The notes under the pieces are model-generated. The model saw only the letters and a program-made list of their open reading frames with translations, was not told the DNA's origin and made no database searches. The translations under genes were made by a program, and so were the position numbers. From Octopus sinensis (Eukaryota): a stretch of DNA of 64,000 nt. The DNA lies in the NCBI RefSeq assembly GCF_006345805.1, contig NC_043000.1:14012001-14076000 (forward strand). The letters run 5' to 3'. This document shows, one piece after another, positions 37,026 to 50,060 of this stretch (position 1 is its first letter; the number at the start of each line of letters is the position of its first letter).

Positions 37026-37750
37026 ATAATAATAATAGTAATAATAACAGCAATAATAATAACAGCAATAATAATCTTTTATGAAAAAAAAGTCGTCAAA
37101 AACCAAGCATAATTTTGGTGGTAGCAAAAACTCGTTTGAAAAATCCAACATAGTAATTGAAGAAATGGAAAAGAAATAGACAACAGGGTCACTATTGTAA
37201 ATATATTTTTATATTTTTTTTCCATTCTACTGAACCACCAGAGACAGTATTTAGAGTCTATATAAACTGTTCAACTGTCTTCTGAATAGCCAGTGATACC
37301 CAGAACAAACATCCTTTTAACCAATCAAATTTCTATTAATATAAGAGATAGACCACCTATACACCCACACAAATTTGCAGTAACAGCACTCTGTAAACAG
37401 AAGGGGTCAGTCAGTAAGACCACTTTGTAACAGAAGATGAAAAAAAAAAAATCCTTCAAAAGTTAATTATATATACAAGCTAAATTCCTCACCCTAAAAT
37501 GTTTTGTAAAATAAACTCGATTGGTCCATGTCAGAATTAAAAACCAGTTCCGATCTGGTGCAACATTCCCATAATCCAAGACATTACAGTAAATTTATAG
37601 CCAACTTTCTGCAGAAGAAATCAAACAACATTGTGGCTTACTAATGTAAGAGCATTTTTATCAAACCCCCAAATTCATAAATTGCTAATCAAGTAATTGT
37701 TTTAATGAAGTTAAAAATATTTAAATGACCAGCTTATGTATGGTTTAAAA

Positions 37751-37784
<34 letters not shown>

Positions 37785-38962
37785 CAATTATCACTAACAA
37801 TGATCCCAATACAGGATAGGATCATTGTTGTTGTTGTTTAGCCCTAAGTAAGTCCCTAATAAGTAGAAATATGATGAAAGGCATAGCAGCTATGATGATA
37901 CTGTCTTTTTGTGTGTGTCCTGATGGATATTTGGCTGATATATTTAGCAGGTCTAGAAAACTATATAGAGGCTCCTTCATTGGATCACAGTTACTAATGG
38001 TCTCTTCAAAAATGATCACAAAGCAGTAATTAATGAGTATGCTCACTAATTAACAACCAAATTAATATTACAACTTCTAACCTTACCTTTTTTATACCAA
38101 CTTGCCTGAAACTACCCATAGTTTAATGAAAGTGTAATGAACTTAGGATATGAACCTAATTCTCTAAATTATCAGACCATCCCTATACATTTGTCATGTG
38201 CATGTTTTATTTACCAACTAATTGACTTGCAGGAGATTATGCCACTAAGTTAGAACAAAAGTGAGTGTCCTTGAGATTTGTGAGCTTTTCTCTAGTGATA
38301 AGCAAAGCCCTTTGAAGATCAAGCACACAGTGTTGAGGGCAATTTAAGAATGCAAACCAACTCTTGCCAAACAAGCCAGAACAATCACAGAAGTTGAGAC
38401 TCACCAGAGAGCAATACATGATTCTTGGTACTCGTGTGACGATGTTAGGAAGAATCATTTGACTACCACAGACTAATTTTCCTCAAGTCTCCCTACAGAG
38501 ATCAAGGGCAAAGCCTCGAGGACTTTTTGATAAACTCACATCTTGAATTTTGATTCAAGACCAATTTTTTCCTGTCCCTTGAGTAATGACCATAGAATTT
38601 AGACACTATGAAATGTTGATTCCTATATCCGAAGTTTCTCTACAAGTATCTGAAAATCCATATGTACACACACACACATTGCAATTTAATTTGTGTAAAT
38701 GTTAATACAGATATTTTTTTCCCCTCTATCCATTTGTTTTCTCTCCTCATTCCTTTCTGTAGTAGAGTGTAGGCTTGAAACGTCAAAGATTCTTCCATTT
38801 TTTCCAGAGTTCCCTTATCTAGGGAACAATAAACAAATGGAAAGAGGGGGGAAAAAAGTATCCGCATTAACGTCTGTATGTGTATGTATGTCTGTGTATA
38901 TATATATATATATATTTAATTTGTGCATACAAACATCCATACACACACATACATACATACAT

Positions 38963-39041
<79 letters not shown>

Positions 39042-39648
39042 TATATATATACAGACATACACACAGCCTTTCTTTAAATAAATATATTACAAAATGTTTG
39101 CAAGTTTTGTTCTTGTTAACAACAGCCCAAACCGTAATAATCTCTCACCACAACCAGGCAACTATTCATGAGACAAAGGTGGCCCATACAAACAAGCTAT
39201 CTTACCACAACATACTGGTGACCCCAACTAGAAAAGGATAGCACTTCACTGATGGATCAATAATTTCATGGATTATTCCTCTGTACAGACTGGAGAAAGT
39301 CCATGCTGCTAAAAATCTCCATGGAAATTCAGGAGGCTATAGAGGAAGCTGTCCATTTGATTGGATTTTCTCTTGGAAACATAGGTATTTCAAGCTTTTT
39401 TTTTTTTTGCTGTAGCAGTGGTAGGTAAATGATATTCAAGAAATCCTAACTTCAAAAGACTCATCACAGGAATACACATGTTTGTAAGAAAAATTCAAGA
39501 TGATCTGCTAGCTGGAGTCAGACCTGGCTACTTGTCAATAGGATACAAAGACTTTGTTACATTAGGAATACTGAGATTAGCTTCAAAGGTCAAAGGTTAC
39601 AGTCCCAAGACGATGAAGAGATACTTTTTTTCATAAGAACATCGTACT

Positions 39649-40042
39649 GGATGGATGGAAGCACTCCGTCGGTTACGACGATGAGGGTTCCGGTTGATCC
39701 GAATCAACGGAACAGCCTGCTCATGAAATTAACGTGTAAGTGGCTGAGCACTCCACAGACACGTGCACCCTTAACATAGTTCTCGGGGATATTCAGCGTG
39801 ACACAGAGAGTGACAAGGCCGGCCCTTTGAAATACAGGTACAACAGAAACAGGAAGTAAGAGTGAGAGAAAGTTGTGGTGAAAGAGTACAGCAGGGATCA
39901 CCACCATCCCCTGCCAGAGCCTCGTGGAGCTTTTAGGTGTTTTCGCTCAATAAACACTCACAATGCCCAATCCGGGAATCAAAACCGCGATCCTATGACC
40001 GCGAGTCCGCTGCCCTAACCACTGGGCCATTGCGCCTCCACT
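39649..40042 (-). mobile_element. tRNA-derived SINE family B with a 13-bp target-site duplication
   Basis: TSD AGAACATCGTACT at 39636-39648 and 40043-40055; (TCCA)n tail on the minus strand. Confidence 0.9.
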
Positions 40043-40219
40043 AGAACATCGTACTAGGAGTAAGAACAATCTTTAGTTCTGATGAGGAAATTGATATATT
40101 TGACTATTACTTACCATAATTTCAATCAATGGAAATAGAGTCATGTTCACCATTTTCCATCACAGAAAATAATTATTTTACAATGCAGATGTCCTTACAA
40201 GGGGAGAGAAGAGCCTTAA

Positions 40220-40430
40220 CCCTTTAGTGTTTAAACCAGCCCAATATATTCTACATGTTTTATATTCAAACTGGCAATATCTAGCCTCTCACTCCTAACC
40301 TACGATGTCATTCTGAAAATAAACAATCACATCATTGAAACCTCAAAGCTATAGCATAATGCATGATTAATTCAAAACAATTTGAGTGAAAAAGTATTAC
40401 ATTTAACAGAGTAATCTGAACACTAAAGGG
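40220..40430. mobile_element. piggyBac-like MITE, family B
   Basis: TTAA|CCCTTTAGTGTT...AACACTAAAGGG|TTAA with perfect 12-bp TIRs. Confidence 0.85.
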
Positions 40431-41272
40431 TTAAATGCAATCTAATTAGATGGAGAAGGTTATGAAATAGTGGTTATAACAATTCATCTACTAATAACAA
40501 CTGATTCTGTGAAAGGTGTTTCTCCAATAATGAAATAGAAAAGGAATTTACAGAACTGACTCAAGGACTTGAAATGACTGCTGATACAGACATTTTAGAT
40601 GCAGGTAAACCTTAATCTGGAGATCTAGAATTGGATGTAAATGAGATCTGGAGAAAGTGAAAGTCAATGAAAGTAATACTAAGACAAGAGGCAAAGGCTC
40701 TTTTACACAGGGTTTCATTAGGTAATATTCCAGACAAAAGTCGTTGGAAACTTCTTGGTCAAAAGTTAAAAGAGTTGGTTGCTTTTGCAGGAGATCACAC
40801 CACAAAATTGGAACAAATGTGAATGTCCTTGAGATTTGTGCACTTTTCTTGAGTGATAAGCCCTTAAAGATCAAGTGCAGAGTGTCAAGGGCAACTGAAG
40901 AACACAGATCTCACCTCTTGCCAAGCAAGCTGGAACAAATCACAGAAGTTGAGAAATTCTCTTGAGAGCAAAACGTGATTCTTGGTGCCTGTGCGACCAT
41001 GTTATGAAAAGTCATTTGTCTTCATCTTTATGTAAGTACCACAAACTCCATTTCCTCACCTCTTGCTACACACATCAAGGGCAGAGCATAGGGGAAATCT
41101 AGAAAAATTCACATCTCAATATTCATGGAAGACCAATTCATTCCGGTCTCTTAAGTAAACCACTAATGACAGTAGAATTTAGATACCATGAAAAGTCAAT
41201 CCCTATCCTGTGACTATGAAAAATCAATCCCTACCAGTGACTATCTAAAAATCTATGTATACTATATATGTG

Positions 41273-41329
<57 letters not shown>

Positions 41330-41429
41330 TAATTAAGGGTAGAAATTGATATTTATCAATTAAAACCAGTGGTCTAGCATATTAAAAAAGAATCCGAAGA
41401 TTAAAATATTTATATATACCAATTAATTG

Positions 41430-41504
<75 letters not shown>

Positions 41505-42747
41505 TGACTACAGCTGCATGGCTGAAATGAATAAAAGAATGTGTATGCGTGTGTGTGTGCACAGCCTATCTTTAAATAAATTTATTACAAAAAGGCTCAC
41601 AACTTATTTCCTGATAACAACACCTGCAACCCAACTCAATCTATATTAATCTCACATCATGACAACCCAATGCAAACAAGACATCATGACAAAAGAAAAC
41701 TGCCTGGTTTAAAATCATTATTTATACAACTTTCAACCCTTCTGATACCAACCTGCCTGAGATTTCCCCTAGTTTTATGATACAAAAACTGCCGGTTTTA
41801 ATGTCTTTGCTTAAATTTAAACCTATCATAATTGTATGTAAGAATCATATAAGCTGAAGTCCACAGAGAAAAGTTGGTTATTTTACTAAATGTTCCAAAT
41901 TATTATTTTTAAAATTAACTAAAACACATGGACAGTGTATTTTACAAAAGGCTTAATTCACCAACAATTATTGTACAAGCGAAAGTCAGTGATGGGAGGA
42001 AGGTATTGGCATTAATACCTGTTGCAGATATGTAGAGGAAAATGATTAATTAAAAGAGGGCACATGTGTGAGGAGGATCATTGCTGTTTTGTGTGGGCGT
42101 CAGAGAACCCTAATCTAACAGATTGGGTAGGCAAAAGTTTCTGTTCCCTTGTCTTCTTACCTTGAAATTGGTAATATCAAAAATTTATTTTATATGGAAT
42201 ATTTGTAAAAGAAAAAAAAAACAACCTAAAACAAATTATTCCGTTTTAGTTCCAGAGATGGGAGAGAAAAACTTGCACAGGGGCACAGAGATAGACAGAG
42301 ACACTTGGAATATGGAGGAAACAGAAAACAAAAAAAAAAGGAAAACTGAAATTTAAGCTAAAAAAATTCAAATTGATAAAAATAGAATTGGAAAGAAGAG
42401 GGAGGGAGATGACAATAAAAGTGGGACCTGTTTGTGTTAAGGATTTGTTTTTCTAAAAAAAAAAATTAAAAGTCAAATAAAAACAACATAATAAAGCTGT
42501 CCATGAGAAACACTGTAACAATTTCTCAAAAGAATAGCTACAAGTTATTTATAAACCTTAAAGAACTGGTCAGTCAGATGTCCAGAGTCTTGAGCGCTTA
42601 CCATAGGAAGCATATAGCAATCAAGGCAGATTGGTAAATGCAATAATCAATCACGTTACCAACATCCCACTGTGAAATCATGATCAAACACCAGCTGTGT
42701 TCTGTGTATTGCTGCTACGTGAGCGAACTATCAGATGTTAGACAATG

Positions 42748-45449
42748 TTAAAGAGTAAACTTCACCTCTTGATTAGAATTTTGTCTTTGAAGCGATTCAG
42801 TTTTGGGGAAATCTATCTCCACATAGGTCAGAGGTGAAACACTTTTTTCTTCAGCACCAGAAGAATGGCGACTTTTAATGGAATTTGGAGACTTCTGGTG
42901 AAGGTCTGAACATTCTGTTAGTGTTTCTGTTGAGCTCAGTTCAAGAGAAGCATAGTTCAGTTCCGTCTCACAGCTTGAGCTATGTTTTAAAGAAGACAGA
43001 GGGTTGCCTGCTATGGGTGGAATCAAACAAACTTCTGTATAGCTGTGACGGCCCTGCAGTCCCAAACTCTCAGACTTTTTCGGTTGTGCCGAGTCAGAAG
43101 CAATACTTGAACAACTGTTGTTTTTTGTCATGAAAGACTGTTCAGAGGAGTGGCTGTCACTTTTGGAGGATCTGAAACATTCCCCATCACTTTTCTTTGA
43201 AGGCCTTCGCTCAACGTTAACAAAACTTTCTGAATTCTCTGCCATGTGGTTAGACTGGTCTAATATTTTCATGTTAGACATCATTTCGGAGCACTGATCA
43301 ACATTTCTATCTTCCTGTCGGCTTTCATCTGAACCAGTTTCACTAACAATTTTGGGAACCTCAAAGAGTTTTTCTTGAGAAAGAACTTGATTGGAATTCT
43401 CCAATCTTGTCGATTCCTTTTCACTGGCAGAAATCTCATCTGTATCTACCAGCCAACTACTCTGCCTCAACGGTTTCTTATATATCTGCTCTTCTTGGCA
43501 GTTTGACCATGACATTGGGTTCAAAGGTTTCTCATTTCTACCTGGTGCTTGACTGAATGACAAATTAAAATACTCTGCATTTTCAGTTTCAGTTGGACAA
43601 CTGACAGGCGAGGTTGATGTTGAGGCAGATTTTGCATGCAATGAAGTGGAAGTTGTCTTACAAGAGTCTATGGAAGGTGCTGTATACTGGGCAAAACTAG
43701 ATGCAGCAGGTGGGGAGTAAAGGTCAGTTTTCACAGGCATTGATGAATGTCGTTTGTGAATCACTTTCATAATATCACGATTACATCTTTTTGTACTTTG
43801 AAGGTTATCGTTGCAAGAAGTGGAAAGACTTTGTATATATTCAATGCCCGAAGGAACAGTACATGGAGCAGATGAGGGCTCGTGTCTGTAATGCTGTCTG
43901 GGGTCAAACACAACGTAAGGCTCAATTTCAGCAGCTTTTGCTTTTTCACAGTTGAAAGGAAAAGAATTTGAGAAAAATGGATCAAAATTAGAACTGAACA
44001 TACTCTGAGGCCTTTTGGCATCAGACTTTCCCAATATAATGTCACTGTCAAATTTCTCTTTTCGAGAAGTGCAGCTATCATTTACTTTTTTAGAAAGTGT
44101 ATCATTGTCATATTTTTTCATGGCATTGCTTGCGTTGTAAGAGAGTTCAATATAGGCATCTTCTACATCGGAAGGCTTTTCTTTATGGTTTCGAAGCCCA
44201 TAAGTAGGGCAGGAAATGTTACTTTCATCATATGGGGGCCTGATCGGTTTGGGAAAATCCATGTTAAAATAAGGATCCCCAGCACTTTCCTGCTTACGAA
44301 GGGTTGCCATTGCCTGAGACCTGTTATCATGAGAGACACTCTTTGTGCGTCTAACACCCAAATCAGATGGGACCCGCTCAGTTTTAGAACGTAGACTTAG
44401 CCTTTCTGAAAACCCTGAGTGCGTACATGGTACATACCGATCGACATCTTTGTGCCAACTATTACTACCTGAGTCTGATTCATCATCAGAATTAGATTTT
44501 ATATGAGAAACTACCTTGTCAGGAACAGGTCCTGGTTTAAGAGAGTGATCAGGTTTCCTTTGTCCATAATACTTATCAAATGGGTAACATTGACAGCTGG
44601 AATATTCTCCCAGGCTCATTGACATCACGGGTGAGTTAGTTTTCATATTAATTACATCACACACAGGTGAATGTTTTGGACTGGATGAGAAACCAGTCAT
44701 CTCCAGGTAATTTGACATTTCCCCACCTGCATTTGACATGGAATTTACTGGAAGATGTGCGTGAAAAGATTTAGACATTCCCCCTTTATTCTTCCCCATC
44801 TCAATGGCATCGTTGTTCTTTTTACTGTGGTATTTCCAATGTGTGCCATCAGGGCCAGGTAAGAAAGCTAACGAGTAAGGATCCTTTTGTAAAGATTCCT
44901 GGGACATTTTGCGAAGAAGTTCTTCTGAAGTAGTCCTTACCGATTCAAAAGAGCTCCGTTTAAAGCACCTTGAGCTGTGACTAGACGATCTTGGACGATG
45001 ACCCTGAGTCAAAGATTTTCCCAAGCTGGACGCTCTTGGCCTGCATCCATAGCTATCACTAGCTGTGCGAGGACGACCAAATTCCAACTCGGAAAAATCA
45101 GAATCTTCCGACTTGTATGAGCCACAAGGTGGACTGTTGGAAGGAAGTGAGTGATTGGATGATGTGTTGGAGGTCTTTTGTTTCTGTGAGATCAGGTGTG
45201 GGGCACTGGAACATCGACTGTTATCCATCATTCCTAACATAGCTAGTTTTGCATCACAACCTTGTGGCTTCAACACCGTCTTTGGTTGAGGTTTGCATCC
45301 AACTGAATAAGAACGTTTTGGTATATCCTTCTCAACAGATATAGTCTCATCAGATATCAGATAACTGTGACCACGATTAGGACGTAAGCTGCTGCTACCT
45401 TTGGGACTGTGGCCAGGTGGAGTCATTTGGAGATAATGTTCTTCTGGGC
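42748..45449 (-). CDS. IRS: Insulin receptor substrate, last coding exon (2702 nt)
   Basis: Acceptor ttttctgcAG at 45451-45450, phase 1, stop TAA at 42750-42748. Encodes YLQM, YLEM and YFNM (PI3K YxxM), RPRxxS repeats, and the C-terminal SHP2-type pair LNYASLEL / LTYVEIDF (compare IRS1 LNYIDLDL / YASINF). Confidence 0.92.
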
Positions 45450-45534
45450 CTGCAGAAAATAAGAGAGAAAAGTCAGTGATGAAAGTTGTTCTGATGGTAG
45501 AAGGGACAGTAATAGGTTTAATGAAAATTAGAGA

Positions 45535-45658
45535 CACACACACACCACACAACACATAAACACATACAGATCACATAAACACACACACACACACACAACA
45601 CACACACACACACCACAACACACACACACACACACCACAACACACACACACACACCAC

Positions 45659-45700
<42 letters not shown>

Positions 45701-45730
45701 ACAACACACACAACACACACACACACACAC

Positions 45731-45770
<40 letters not shown>
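45535..45770. repeat. Complex (CA)n / CACACCACAA microsatellite filling most of a 388-nt IRS intron
   Basis: Directly visible; it is the source of several spurious VCVC ORFs. Confidence 0.95.
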
Positions 45771-45837
45771 TCATATAAACACGCATGCAAGCCCACAAAC
45801 ACAATTTCTTCCATAAAAAATACAAAATACCACTTAC

Positions 45838-46023
45838 TTCCACTTTCTTTAACAGTGGGTAAACTTGTGCCTGTAGGCCCCATATCAACATAGGGAGCAT
45901 CATTGACTGGGCTACTAGCCTGAGGGGAGAGTTGTTGTTGCTGCTGTTGAGGTGTCGGCTGTGGCACAGAAACCGCTTTACCTGGCTCCATCATCACATA
46001 AGAACTTACATCACCGCCATAGT
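45838..46023 (-). CDS. IRS: IRS coding exon (186 nt, phase 1-1)
   Basis: Acceptor ttttcttttAG, donor A|GTAAGT; encodes YGGDVSSYVMMEPG...polyQ...PYVDMGP (two YxxM motifs). Confidence 0.9.
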
Positions 46024-46309
46024 CTAAAAGAAAACCAGTAAAACTCACATCAGCATGGTTTAGTAGTACAAGAGGAAGGCTCATTGCTAGTTTCTTTTTT
46101 ATGCTAACACACTTCACTTAGTTGGAATATATCATTATTATTATTATTTAACGCCCATTTTCTATGCTGGAATGGGTTGGATGGTTTGACATAATCATGT
46201 GAACTGCAAAGCTGCTTTATGCTCCATTTCAGCTTTGGCATGGCTTCTATGGCTGGAAGCTCTAAGCCAACCAATTTACAGTGTACATGTGCAGAGGGTA
46301 CTTTTTTTT

Positions 46310-46560
46310 CATCATCATCGTTCAACGTCTGCTTTCCATGCTAGCATGGGTTGGACAATTTGACTGAGGACTGGTGAACCAGATGGCTGCACCAGGCTTC
46401 AATCTTGATCTGGCAGAGTTTCTACAGCTGGATGCCCTTCCTAACGCCAACCCCTCCGAGAGTGTAGTGGGTGCTTTTACATTCCACCAGCACGGGGCCA
46501 GTCAGGCAATACTGGCAATGACCTCGCTCGAATCTGTTACACATGCTACTGGCGTGGGTG
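46310..46560 (-). mobile_element. SINE-like family D
   Basis: catcatcatcgttcaacgtctgctttccatgctagc tail plus the conserved body. Confidence 0.75.
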
Positions 46561-46724
46561 CCAGTAAGGCGATGCTGGTGGCACAAATGAGATTACCAAG
46601 TAATCTCACTAGTAAGACAAAAGGAATAAGAAACAGGAAAAAGCTCTCTTGACTTAGTGGAGAGGGCAGGGAGGGGCTATGAGAGGGAGAAGAGACAGCT
46701 TTATGTCAAGGACAAGAAAAGATG

Positions 46725-47256
46725 TCTCCGTCTGGAAGCTGTTAAGCGACGTGCAACCAAAAGAATACCCTCCATCAGGCATTTGCCATATTCTGAACGC
46801 CTTACTTCCCTGGGCATGGACACATTGAAACTCCGACGTCTGGCAGCTGACTTGGCAGACACCCATAAAATTATCAACCATCGTACAAACAATAACTCTG
46901 AGCACCTTTTCAAACTCCACCCATCTAACACCCGTGGACATATTTACAAAGTAAGAAAACAGCACAGCTCCCATGACTTCAGGAAACATTTTTTCATGCT
47001 GAGAATTGCTGAAGCATGGAACAAACTGCCGGCATCAGTTGCTTGTTGTCGGAGCACTGCATCCTTCAAAACTTCCATGCTTCCTGAGATTCGCCAACTT
47101 GATTTTCTCTCCTCCATACACATGCAAGCATGTATCTGACTCATTGTTCGCTTTCCAGACATTTCTACATTACTGCATGTACTTTATATGCACTTTCTGA
47201 CAAATTGTGGTGCACCTGAGCACTGTATACAATAATTTCATTATTATTATTATTAT
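46725..47256 (+). mobile_element. CR1-clade LINE 3' fragment (5'-truncated) with 3'UTR and (ATT)n tail
   Basis: LEAVKRRATKRIP...YSERLTSLGMDTLKLRR...TRGHIYKVRKQH...RKHFFMLRIAEAWNKLP is the canonical CR1 ORF2 C-terminus; no internal stop. Confidence 0.9.
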
Positions 47257-47530
47257 AATGAAAGTTTAATTTAATGAGATAAGATGGTATTGATGGGGTG
47301 CCAGAGAAAACCTTAGTAAGAGATGAACAGCAAATAAAATAAATGTGACACTACAACATCCCTTTCTCTACATACTTCAAAATAAAACTAAGAAATTGAT
47401 ATGAGTACAAAGCCAGAGATGTAAAAAGTTTATTCAGGGGCCACAATGGCTTCCCCCTACCCCATTCCTTCCATCAGTCACAGGATCCCTGAAAGCACTT
47501 TCTTGCCTCTTGGCTAAAAGAAAAAAAAAA

Positions 47531-47565
<35 letters not shown>

Positions 47566-47783
47566 ACGCGCCTGTCTTTTATATACTTCTGAAATTGTCA
47601 CAGGATCCCATATTCCAAGTGAAAAGTACAGTCAACTAGATCTAAGCCTAATACTTCACAGATACCTATTTTATTCGCCCTGAAAGGATTAATGGCAAAG
47701 TCGACTTTGGAGGGTTTTGAATTCAAAATACAAAGGGACATAACTGAATATCACTAGAAATTTTGTCCAGGTACTCCAATATA

Positions 47784-47819
<36 letters not shown>

Positions 47820-48962
47820 ATGCACGTATTCATTTTTAGTGTCTCCTTTTCCATGTTCACATGGGTTAGCCACAATTTGTTGAGGTGAATTTTCCACAGC
47901 CAGATACCCTCATCTGTTCCCAAGCAAGGTAATACTTTATCCATGACCTCATAACCAGACATGTTTTCATGGAAGACTGGAAACTGTAGGACAACACTTG
48001 TATGGTGGTAACCACTTGTTTACAACTATTACATGATGCCAAAGCAAGGAGAAAGAAATGCACATACACATATGCATGTAAGATGGATTTCTTTTAGTTT
48101 CCATCTACCAAATCTACTCTCAAGACTTTGATTGGCCTGAGGCCATAGAAGAGGCTTTCCCCAAGAGTCACACAGTGGGACTCAAATCAAAGCTATTTCT
48201 GCACCTATACATATATTATTTAAAATAACTGTGACCAGAAGTGTTAAGACCAGTCTCTCTAGGATAAAGCACTTGTGGTAGTGTCATTTAAAAGTGCATG
48301 TGTGGTGCTACGTAAAAGCGCCCATATGGTGCCTCATAAAAGCATCAGTGTGGCACCTTGTAAAAGCGCCCAGCACACACTATAAAGTGTGTTGGCGTTA
48401 GAAAGGGCATCCAGCCATAGAAACCATGCCAAATCAGACTGGAGTCTGGTGCAGCTTTCCAACTTGCCAGCTCTGGTTAATCCATCCAACCCAATGAAGT
48501 TTATATGTGTGTAAAGGTACATGGCTCAGTGGTTAGAGCATCGAGCTTACAATCATGAGGTTGTGAGTTTGATTCCTGGACCAAGCTGCGTGTTGTTTTT
48601 GAGTAAGACACTTGGTTTTTTTATCTCATTACAAAAAAATTTTTTATATACATACGCTGATATATGATCTAGGTTGGACCCCTTATTCACATAATCACCG
48701 AACCTGGAACTTAACTATGGTCTATCCATAGCACTTATTCAGCATTACCTGACACCTTTGGGTCTCAATGACACCATTACCTCTAATAACGTATATATTT
48801 ACACACAGACACACACATCAGTGGCAATAACTTTAGTATTAATAATTTGTACAAAGAAGGGTGTACTCAATGCTAAGGTAAGCACAGTGCATTTATAGTT
48901 GAAATTCAAAAGACGGTCAACATGGGTCAAGTTAAGCAGACTTGTTATTAGATGTTAGTTAC

Positions 48963-49109
48963 CTCGTTCACTTTTCTGTGAGCCTGGTGATAGGTCCATA
49001 CATGCATCATAACTATCTGTCATCTCAGAGGCTGTGGTAGATGCACTCGGTTGGAAGTTAATATAATTTTCAAACTGTCCTGTTTCTCCCCAGTTAGAAC
49101 CAGCTGAAC
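48963..49109 (-). CDS. IRS: IRS coding exon (147 nt, phase 1-1), not in the ORF track
   Basis: Acceptor tttttcaattttctAG, donor G|GTAACT; open frame SAGSNWGETGQFENYINFQPSASTTASEMTDSYDACMDLSPGSQKSER with a YxN (Grb2-type) motif; phases fit both neighbours. Confidence 0.8.
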
Positions 49110-49193
49110 CTAGAAAATTGAAAAACATCAGTTACAACTGTTAGATAATACAATTAATGTTGGAGAGAGAAGGTGGGGCACAAACACAGTAAG

Positions 49194-49230
<37 letters not shown>

Positions 49231-49312
49231 AGCATGAACACATGCACACTCAGTGAGGGACAGCATGACAAAGTGATAGAGTGATGGAGACCAGGATGCA
49301 GTATGAACTTAC

Positions 49313-49434
49313 CATATTGTTCAGGTGTTGAAGGAGTAGAGGACTGGTCACCAGGATGCATTGGGACGTAGTCTTCTATATAACTGCCTCGTAAACTATC
49401 TGGTGTTGGGACACTACTGCGACAACGGTAAGAC
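49313..49434 (-). CDS. IRS: IRS coding exon (122 nt, phase 2-1)
   Basis: Acceptor ttcctcttatgtAG, donor G|GTAAGT; encodes SYRCRSSVPTPDSLRGSYIEDYVPMHPG (YVPM). Confidence 0.9.
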
Positions 49435-49560
49435 CTACATAAGAGGAACAAGAGAGAAAACAATACAAACCACTGCTGAGTGTACTTGCTTGTAACGTTA
49501 ACCATCGTGGATCCTATCAAATAAATAGTTGCAACTAAAGACTGTGACATCTCTGGAACC

Positions 49561-50060
49561 AATTAATTAGTTAGTTAGTTAGTTAGTTAATTTGGCTCAA
49601 AAGCAAATAGCAAGGCCATGTAGGGGGACATGGAGTTAAGTACAGGGTGGTGTTCATGTAAAGAGTTCAGGCCACTTGAGGTCCAGGGAGACTTTGAACA
49701 AAGCGGTCGTTGGCATCTTCACCATCTCGTCTGGCAGCTTGTTCCACGGATCTGCAACCCGGACGGAGAAAGCTCCTCTCCTTCGATTGAGACGAAATCG
49801 TCGCAGGTAGAGCTTTTCGGAATGACCCCGCAGCCGACGCTCTGGAGCAGGAGTGAAGAACAGCTCTTTCGAGAGGTTACACTTTCCGCTTATGATGTTG
49901 TGAGCGAGAATGAGATCACCACGGCGTCGTCGTTTTTCTAAAGAATAAAGGTCGAGCGTCTTCGGCCTTTCTTCATAAGACAAATTTTTGAGACTATGAA
50001 CCATGCGGGTAGCCAGCTTCTGGACTCTTTCGAGATGCTGTATGTCTTTAAGGGCTGTGA
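49561..50060 (-). mobile_element. Second CR1-clade LINE family, 3' fragment with (TAAC)n tail
   Basis: DIQHLERVQKLATRMV...LSYEER...LEKRRRRGDLI...LRGHSEKL...AFSVRVADPWNKLP; open frame; tail seen as (GTTA)n on the plus strand. Confidence 0.9.

Noticed and set aside
38221-41260. LTR retrotransposon with the duplicated segments as LTRs
   Set aside because: No TG...CA termini, PBS, PPT or gag/pol remnants were recognised between the copies.
45450-45555. N-terminal part of the 935-aa ORF (MLCGVCV...) as coding sequence
   Set aside because: It is intron read-through; a strong acceptor at 45451-45450 joins in phase to the upstream exon.
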